Notes under the pieces: generated by a model
What the model saw: the letters and a program-made list of their open reading frames with translations, nothing else
Database searches by the model: none
What the model was told of the DNA's origin: nothing
Position numbers and translations under genes: made by a program
Source: a virus
Taxonomy: Duplodnaviria; Caudoviricetes
Reading direction: 5' to 3' (one strand)
DNA length: 64,000 bases
Virus record (IMG/VR): IMGVR_UViG_3300028886_000042
In this document: positions 57,436-64,000 of the stretch, in pieces
How the letters are laid out: every line of letters begins with the position of its first letter
How positions within the stretch are numbered: position 1 is the first letter of the stretch

Positions 57436-58320
57436 TCAGTTAATCCTAATTGAGTCGGACAGCATTTCATCCAGATGTGATTTTGTCGTAAGTCTCTCCA
57501 AGTCAGGTTGTTTAAGTTTGGGTTTATCCATTGCAAACGGATGTGTATGGTTCAGGAAAATCCTGATGAAATCCTTTAGGAATGCTATGAGTTCGTCACC
57601 GTAAGGCAGCTGATGCGCTTTTTGGAAAATGTTTGCCATTTCCTCGTCGGTAATCAGTTTTTCAGGGTCTGAAAGTTCAAAATGTGTCTTTGAGTCATGT
57701 GAAAGGAGGTTTATTCTGTCACCTACAACATTTACGACACTTGAGAAGTCATTGTTTTTAGCGTCCTTCATTTTACCGTATTTCATCTGTACGTATGAAG
57801 GGTCTTCCTTGTTGAACTTGAGGCAGTTGTCAGTAAAGGCATATGAATTTACCTTATGTCCGCATCTTATCCTTAGTTCTGAATCTTTTAGTATTATGTC
57901 CGAGTTTCCACGTCCTTCAATTGCGATATCTTCCCTGTCAGGAAGTGTACCTCTGTTGTCAGGGTCTAAACTTGGTGCAGTCAGCGGTGCGGATATTATA
58001 TTTCCGTTCAAAAGACTTTGTGCCGAGTAGTCATATGCATCAAAGTTCATTTTCTGTGGTTGTGAAATAACAGGGCCTATGAAAAATCTGTTGCCGTTTG
58101 TAGCACCGGTATTCTGAAGTATTATAAGTACCATTTCACCCACTTTCGGGTTTACGTGCATGAATTTCGGCAGCAGCGGAAAAGCGTATGGCAAATCGTT
58201 TATACTTACAGTGTTATCATCATAGTAAGGGATTCTTACCTTTATTCTCAATCCGTCGCTATTATCGGTAACATATAGTACCGGGCACATATATATCAGA
58301 GTTTTTTCCTGTTCCATCAA
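57436..58320 (-). CDS. Baseplate hub/spike protein (gp5/gpV-like OB fold)
   Basis: RIKVRIP...LPYAFPLLP...PKVGEMVLI...FFIGPV; C-terminal HTH(P) metal-binding tip motif. Confidence 0.75.
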   Translation of the reverse strand: MMEQEKTLIYMCPVLYVTDNSDGLRIKVRIPYYDDNTVSINDLPYAFPLLPKFMHVNPKVGEMVLIILQNTGATNGNRFFIGPVISQPQKMNFDAYDYSAQSLLNGNIISAPLTAPSLDPDNRGTLPDREDIAIEGRGNSDIILKDSELRIRCGHKVNSYAFTDNCLKFNKEDPSYVQMKYGKMKDAKNNDFSSVVNVVGDRINLLSHDSKTHFELSDPEKLITDEEMANIFQKAHQLPYGDELIAFLKDFIRIFLNHTHPFAMDKPKLKQPDLERLTTKSHLDEMLSDSIRIN

Positions 58321-58493
58321 ATTTCAAAACCACGTTTGTTCATTATTTCAGTTACCTTTGCATAAGTATCCTGTGCCGACAGCATTATCTGGTAGGCATT
58401 TGAGATAATCTGCTTCTGTTTTTCAAACTCAATTTCAAGTTCCGTCTTAACGGTCTTGAGTTCTTCATTTGTCATAAGTTCTATGTTTTCCAT
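58317..58493 (-). CDS. 58-aa coiled-coil protein
   Basis: Manual translation MENIELMTNEELK...KRGFEI; fills the gap and its stop abuts the spike start. Confidence 0.65.
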   Translation of the reverse strand: MENIELMTNEELKTVKTELEIEFEKQKQIISNAYQIMLSAQDTYAKVTEIMNKRGFEI

Positions 58494-58514
58494 AATCAGT
58501 TCTTTGTATATATG

Positions 58515-58910
58515 TTAATGAAGTATTCCTAAAACTTTGGAGAAACTTGTGTTTATCGAGTGTACGACAACGGGGCCCGCTGCATTTGAGCCTGTACCTA
58601 CCGACATAACATTACCGGGTTCTAATGCACATGAAACCCTTGCATTGTTTTTCAGTTCGTTAACCATTTCCTCGCATATTATTCTTACGAAACCGTTTAT
58701 CTTGTTAGGTGAACCGTCTGGATTTACACCGGTTTCTATTCCTGCTTCGGGAAGCCTTCTTATGATTGCACTTGTCAGTGCCATTGCAGACAAACCGGGT
58801 CTTCGGTAGAGTTCACATATAAGCAGTAATGGCGGTATTACCGGAAATGGAGGTCTGATTTTATCGAAGGCTTTTTCTATCTGCTGTGATATTATACTAA
58901 TCCAACTCAT
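58515..58910 (-). CDS. Hypothetical protein (probably structural)
   Basis: 131-aa ORF co-oriented with the spike gene. Confidence 0.65.
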   Translation of the reverse strand: MSWISIISQQIEKAFDKIRPPFPVIPPLLLICELYRRPGLSAMALTSAIIRRLPEAGIETGVNPDGSPNKINGFVRIICEEMVNELKNNARVSCALEPGNVMSVGTGSNAAGPVVVHSINTSFSKVLGILH

Positions 58911-58953
58911 TTTCTTTTTGAAATTAATTAATTAATATAGATTAATTTTTTTG

Positions 58954-61023
58954 TCAGCATTCCTCTTGCGGTGCTGATTCTTCGTCATATATGTCTGCAT
59001 AGTCAACATTATCGACATTGAAATCAAGGTCATTGTCATTTCCTCCGAATGTTATACATGAATACAGTCTCCTTATGAGGTCTGCATAGTATATTGCCTG
59101 TTCTGCCGTAAGTTTTATGGCAACCCTTGAAGAGAGGTCTGCAAGTATTTTCGTAAGTTCGTTTAAAAGGTATTCTATAATCTTGTCCCTGATAAGCCTT
59201 ATGATACCTACGAGCATTTCCTTCTGTTTTTCTATGAGTTCGTCAAGTGTTGCAGTACTTTCACGTCCTAATATCTTGAGGTTAATGGCAAAAAGCAGAT
59301 AGACCTTCGGTGATAGTATTGACATTGTTATCACATATGCCAGATTGTTAATGATGTTTTCTATGAAATTTATCTGTGCACCGAAATTCCAACCGCTGTT
59401 GTCAGTATAGTTAACGTCTGATATCTGTTTGCTAAGTTCAATCAGGCTACCCTCGATTACGGACTGTATATTTTCCTTTGATGCAGCATCATTTATGCTG
59501 TTGAGCGTTTCAAGTACCGATTCTTTGTCTATGGTAACACCGGTTGGGTTGTTTACATTCATAGCATACAGTTTTTCCCTTGTGAGTTCTGACTTTTTCA
59601 GCATATCGTCATAGTCCTCATTAGAGAAGGTGAAGAAACAGTCGTTTATTACAACATCATCATTCTCGATTACACCCTTTACCATTTTCTGTGTCTCATA
59701 CTTTACTATGAGTTGTTCATACGAGAGATTGAGGTCAATTGAGATGAATCCTGTAAGTGCATCAAGCAGTTGTGTTGTAACGGTTTTCGAGTCAAACAGT
59801 TTCAATGACATTACATAGTCGGTATTGAATTCTATCAGTGTATGGTTATAGTAATAGTTCTGATAGTATTTCCGGTAATTGTCAGGTGAGTCAAGGTTCT
59901 TTAGTTCTTTGTTAAGTTCGTTTGCCTTTGTTTTCTTTTCACGTTCTTTTTCGGCTATCTTACCGTTAATACCCTTATTCTCTTCTGTTCCGTCACCGTT
60001 AAGACGTTTGTTTAAACCCTCGATTTCGCTGCTTATTCTGTCATATTCATCATGATAATAGTCTTCGTCAATCTTTTGTACTGAGAATTCATTATTAAGT
60101 GTTTCAATATCGTAATAGTCGGCGAAAATTTCATCCTTTACGGATTCTTTTTCTTCATTCAGTGTCTTGAGGTCTACATCTATTCTGTCAATTTCATTTT
60201 CAAGCCGGTCTATTTTAGTGTCATTGTCCTGTGTATTCCCCAAGAATACCTGAAGACAGTTATGATGCGGTATTTGGAGCATTGAATAATGTGTTACTAT
60301 TCCCTGTTCCGTGCTGTCATAGGATAATCCGTTACCTTCACAGTTTCTTAGTCCGTTAGGCCTTTCGCTATAGCTTAATGTTATTATACCGGCTTTTTTA
60401 GTACATTTCTCATCTTCCTGTGTCGGAACAGGTCCCGGTTCTTTTTGAAGAAGGATGTAGTCGTTTTCATCCTTTTCAAATGCAGAGTCGGAAAAAGTGT
60501 TCTTGAAATTGACTCCGTACCATACTCTTCTTCTTGCGGATTTGTTTTTGACATACCATAGGAATGCATTGAAATCAGCAGCCTGAACAAGTTGGTTAAT
60601 CTGTTTCATTCCACGGCAACCGAAATACATATACCCACCTTCATCCGACAACGGACAGTAGCTTAGGAGCGACATTACATCAACAGTACGCAAATCAAAC
60701 ACAACACCGTTCATTAGCAGTTCTTTACTGATGAACGGATTAAGTGAGCATGTAAGGAGGTTTTTGATATTTGTAAGGAGTTGTGCCTTGATTGCGAGTT
60801 CAAGAGGTGGCAACCCTAAAGCAATGAATCTTGAAATAATCCTAATTAGTATATCATAGCCTACGGTGGATTTGAACAAATCCATAAGGAACGGGAACGG
60901 ATTTGCTGAAATACCGGCTGACAGGTTTGTATTCGTGTCATCCAACTCAGGGAAATTATTCAGAGTTGTAAGTGCGCCGTTTATTATTGCAAGTGATTCC
61001 TTTTTAGTTTTTTCGAAATTCAT
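58954..61023 (-). CDS. Hypothetical protein with central coiled coil
   Basis: 689-aa ORF. Confidence 0.7.
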   Translation of the reverse strand: MNFEKTKKESLAIINGALTTLNNFPELDDTNTNLSAGISANPFPFLMDLFKSTVGYDILIRIISRFIALGLPPLELAIKAQLLTNIKNLLTCSLNPFISKELLMNGVVFDLRTVDVMSLLSYCPLSDEGGYMYFGCRGMKQINQLVQAADFNAFLWYVKNKSARRRVWYGVNFKNTFSDSAFEKDENDYILLQKEPGPVPTQEDEKCTKKAGIITLSYSERPNGLRNCEGNGLSYDSTEQGIVTHYSMLQIPHHNCLQVFLGNTQDNDTKIDRLENEIDRIDVDLKTLNEEKESVKDEIFADYYDIETLNNEFSVQKIDEDYYHDEYDRISSEIEGLNKRLNGDGTEENKGINGKIAEKEREKKTKANELNKELKNLDSPDNYRKYYQNYYYNHTLIEFNTDYVMSLKLFDSKTVTTQLLDALTGFISIDLNLSYEQLIVKYETQKMVKGVIENDDVVINDCFFTFSNEDYDDMLKKSELTREKLYAMNVNNPTGVTIDKESVLETLNSINDAASKENIQSVIEGSLIELSKQISDVNYTDNSGWNFGAQINFIENIINNLAYVITMSILSPKVYLLFAINLKILGRESTATLDELIEKQKEMLVGIIRLIRDKIIEYLLNELTKILADLSSRVAIKLTAEQAIYYADLIRRLYSCITFGGNDNDLDFNVDNVDYADIYDEESAPQEEC

Positions 61024-61039
61024 GCCTTTTTAGTTGAAA

Positions 61040-61450
61040 TCAGTTAAGTTTGTATTCTATTTTTTCCTCCTGTACAGGTTGTTCTTCTACCGTATTATTG
61101 TTAATTACGTCAATCAGTTTGCTCCAGTCACCGACAGCGTCGCTTTCCTCGAATGTCTTCTTGATATTTCCGTTGAACTTAAGTACTTCAGTCATAAGCT
61201 TTGCGATTTCAAGTTTTCTTCCAATAGCCTTGTCCTTGTTGGTAATGAAATCATTCATAGCCTTTGCGTACTTTGTTTTTGCGTCCACGATTTCTTCATT
61301 CAGATTAATTGAATTAGACAGTTTATTCATTTCATTCTGAATTGTTTCAACATTCCGGCATGACTCGTTATAGAGTTCCTGTAACAGTTCCTCTATTTTT
61401 TCAGCTGAATTCAGTTTCAGTTTGTATTTCTTCAAGGGTTTTATTACCAT
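61040..61450 (-). CDS. Hypothetical helical protein
   Basis: 136-aa ORF. Confidence 0.7.
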   Translation of the reverse strand: MVIKPLKKYKLKLNSAEKIEELLQELYNESCRNVETIQNEMNKLSNSINLNEEIVDAKTKYAKAMNDFITNKDKAIGRKLEIAKLMTEVLKFNGNIKKTFEESDAVGDWSKLIDVINNNTVEEQPVQEEKIEYKLN

Positions 61451-61482
61451 TTGTATTGCAGTATAATATGTTATTATTATAA

Positions 61483-62265
61483 TTATTCGTCAATGAGGTT
61501 TTGCTTTTCCTCAAAGTACATACCTTTGTATTTTTTCATGGCTTCCCTTACTTCCTTAGTACTGAGATTCGTATATTCCTTTACGAAGTATATAAATGCG
61601 GTTTTGTTGAATTTACGGTCATTTGACAGATTCGAGAAAATAAGTTCCCAGTTCATCAGAATCTCCAACAGTGCATAACCGACCTTTTTTTCCTTTTCGG
61701 TAAGTTTCTCATTGCTTTCAGGACTTAGCATATTCTGTATTTTCTCTATATTCCTGTTAATGAGTTCGTTGTTGAATGAAATCGTGGCTTTTTCATTGTC
61801 ATAGTCACTTCTGTCATTCTTGTTTCCGTCGAACATCGTTTCATAGGACAGTACGGTATCACGTTTTTTCATATCCGTTGACCTCTTCAGCAGCAGATAT
61901 CTCTTGCATACGGTTCCACAGTATGAATATGCCTTATACCCCTTACTGAAGTCAAATTTATCGACCTTTGTTATCAGGTAGGACATGGTATCGTTGAATG
62001 TATCTGAAAAATCCTCAGAAGGCGTGAACAGTCCGTATCTTCTCATAATCGACTCAATCATCTTAGTGAAGGCCGGATATAGTATTTTACTGAATATCCG
62101 GTCTTTGTATAGTTGGTCGTTACTTTCTATGTATTCCCTGAATGCCTTTTCCTCGTTTTCATAGAAATATCCTGTTCTTTTTTCCGGATTAGGCTTTCTC
62201 CCTCTTTTCTTCGGTTTCTTTTCTTCCTCTACATTATTTGTTTCGTTTTTGACAACATCGCACAT
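61483..62265 (-). CDS. Sigma-70 region-2 protein, probable late sigma factor (gp55-like)
   Basis: YFYENEE...DTMSYLITKVDKFDFSKGYKAYSYCGTVCKRYL resembles region 2.2-2.4 (FDPxKG.KxxSY); no obvious region 4. Confidence 0.7.
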   Translation of the reverse strand: MCDVVKNETNNVEEEKKPKKRGRKPNPEKRTGYFYENEEKAFREYIESNDQLYKDRIFSKILYPAFTKMIESIMRRYGLFTPSEDFSDTFNDTMSYLITKVDKFDFSKGYKAYSYCGTVCKRYLLLKRSTDMKKRDTVLSYETMFDGNKNDRSDYDNEKATISFNNELINRNIEKIQNMLSPESNEKLTEKEKKVGYALLEILMNWELIFSNLSNDRKFNKTAFIYFVKEYTNLSTKEVREAMKKYKGMYFEEKQNLIDE

Positions 62266-62290
62266 TAGTCTAACAAAGAACGCAAAAAAA

Positions 62291-63118
62291 TTATTTCAAC
62301 TCTTCTTCTTTTACTGTTATGATATCCTTCTTTCTGTCTGTATCATAACTGTATTCACGCAGTGCAAGTTCAAACCATTTGGTAACTTCCTCATCCGACA
62401 GTGTATTGTTGTACGTGTCAATCAGACTTCCCTTACGTGCTATATTGTGTACATAGCCTTCTTTTGGCACAACCATGCATTTCAGTCCCTTGTTAGTCAT
62501 TCTCAATAGGAGTTCATAGTTGAATGAAACCTTGATTGAAGGCTTGTATTTTCCGACTGAAATGAAATCCTTTCTGTTGAAGATACTTCCGGTAAGATTA
62601 AACAGTGAACAGTTTTCAATACGCTTGAAATTGATTATGCCTACCTCATCCGTATCGTCTGCATTCTCAGTAATGAATGCGTTTGACAGTGCGAATTCAT
62701 TTCCGAACTGCCACTTTTCATTGTTGGAATGTACGGCATTTATGGGGAGGAAAATACTGATACTCTCATTACCGTAGTAATAGTCATTTGCGATTCTGAA
62801 CCATTTAGGACGGTACACATCATCAAATTCCAGAATTGAGAAGAAATCAGATTCAATATTATCGACTGCATAGTTAATCATAGAACAGAAATCACTCTCT
62901 CCGTCATTGTAAATTACCCGTATGTCCTCAAAAATGTCCTGTATGTCGCTTTTTTCAATATCTTCCCTGATATTTTCCGTTGCGACAATTGTTACCGGCA
63001 GATTTCCGTCCTTATATTCGTTTCTGCACAGTTCAACACTTTTAAGTGCATTCTTAAGAAGTTCCGAGACGGTTTCGTTATATTCATGTACAGGTATTAT
63101 AATTGTAACTTCCTTCAT
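62291..63118 (-). CDS. Glycosyltransferase family 2
   Basis: VTIIIPVH, INYAV...FFSILEFDD. Confidence 0.8.
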   Translation of the reverse strand: MKEVTIIIPVHEYNETVSELLKNALKSVELCRNEYKDGNLPVTIVATENIREDIEKSDIQDIFEDIRVIYNDGESDFCSMINYAVDNIESDFFSILEFDDVYRPKWFRIANDYYYGNESISIFLPINAVHSNNEKWQFGNEFALSNAFITENADDTDEVGIINFKRIENCSLFNLTGSIFNRKDFISVGKYKPSIKVSFNYELLLRMTNKGLKCMVVPKEGYVHNIARKGSLIDTYNNTLSDEEVTKWFELALREYSYDTDRKKDIITVKEEELK

Positions 63119-64000
63119 TATCCAACGTCGTTTTTATCTTTATTTTCTTTTAATGATTCGAATTCGTCAATTCTGTTCTGGAATATTCCCATGATAAAGT
63201 TAGATACATTATCATTCCATTTCTTCGTGTTATAGTATTTCACGGTATTTTCCATTTCCTTGTAGATTTCTTCAGGAACCTCATCTTCAATCCATGTGTT
63301 TACAATTGAAGCTATCATGTCGGGAATCTTGTTTATCTCATCAACCCAAAGTCCGTTGTTTTTAAGTTCGCCATTTTCGTCTGTCATCCATTCGGGTATT
63401 AATTCCGGAATTTTTCCGATTACGATATCGCCGCATTTCATGGATTCCAAAGCATTCAGACCAAATGACGAATCGTTGTCAACCCATACTGTAATCGAGC
63501 CTTCCTGTAGCATTTCAGCATATTTTTCCCTTGGGAAGTTGACAAGGAACCTGAACGGTACAAAACTGAACAGAGGATATTTCCAGTAGAACATCTTAAC
63601 GATGTGTTCAGCATCCTCCTTTGTTTTAGTAACCATGTTGACAATAAGTTTCTTTGCCTTTAGCGGTTTTCTGAAATAGTCCGGTATTGCAGGGGGCAGA
63701 ACATATGTATTAGCATACTTGAATACTGACTTGACGAGGTCTGACTGTTTCTGTGAAGTTGTTATTGCATCTGTGATGCCGTATGAAGCCCACTGGTCAC
63801 CGAATGGAATGAATTCGGTTATATGTCTGAAATTCTCTACTATCACATATCTCTTACACGGTATTCTCTTTGAGTATGTTTCCCTCATAAGTCCGGCAAA
63901 TGCTTCCGGTATAAATAGGAAGTCTGAGGGTGAAACCTGCCATGTTCCGTTCGATATATTAAGGTGCTTCAGATTACCGTACTTTTCTCCGAGCCATTCG
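63118..64000 (-). CDS. GT-B (family 4-like) glycosyltransferase, 5' end beyond the window edge
   Basis: DFLFIPE upstream; SSFGLNALESMKCG motif; the frame stays open to the window end. Confidence 0.75.
   Translation of the reverse strand, partial: EWLGEKYGNLKHLNISNGTWQVSPSDFLFIPEAFAGLMRETYSKRIPCKRYVIVENFRHITEFIPFGDQWASYGITDAITTSQKQSDLVKSVFKYANTYVLPPAIPDYFRKPLKAKKLIVNMVTKTKEDAEHIVKMFYWKYPLFSFVPFRFLVNFPREKYAEMLQEGSITVWVDNDSSFGLNALESMKCGDIVIGKIPELIPEWMTDENGELKNNGLWVDEINKIPDMIASIVNTWIEDEVPEEIYKEMENTVKYYNTKKWNDNVSNFIMGIFQNRIDEFESLKENKDKNDVG

Noticed and set aside
1-64000. Alternative genetic code (TAG recoding as in some Lak and crAss-like phages)
   Set aside because: Long conserved genes are uninterrupted in code 11, coding density is high, and several genes end plausibly at TAG.

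Overview
AT-rich segment of a large T4-like (jumbo) phage that probably infects a Bacteroidetes host, judged from the many TAnnTTTG host-type promoters. It reads in the standard genetic code. It holds the head module (terminase large subunit, gp20-like portal, gp21-like prohead protease with a mini-intein, scaffold, gp23-like major capsid protein), a gp5/gpV-like spike gene, a probable gp55-like late sigma factor, and ClpC- and ClpX-like unfoldases. It also encodes an SF1 helicase, a ThyX-like protein, a DNA methyltransferase, a TROVE/Ro60 protein, two glycosyltransferases and four free-standing homing-type endonucleases. Two non-autonomous IS200/IS605 elements are present: an IscB element that splits a gene, and a TnpB element inserted in the loop of a terminator. 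The strongest unexplained signal is a family of unrelated payload proteins (protein kinase, ART-ART-nucleotidyltransferase polyprotein, PRTase, zinc peptidase, unknowns). They share an N-terminal I-x-L/I-T-E-x-x-L-x-x-I/V-V-K-E leader and/or hydrophobic-x-E linkers, and most follow a TATTTAT late promoter. Two of them sit in tandem cassettes with conserved 5' and 3' DNA flanks. I infer a modular system for capsid-packaged, protease-matured effector delivery. Other highlights are a probable -1 slippage site fusing two head-associated ORFs and a duplicated 92-bp divergent-promoter module. All assignments come from reading motifs by eye; no database searches were run.
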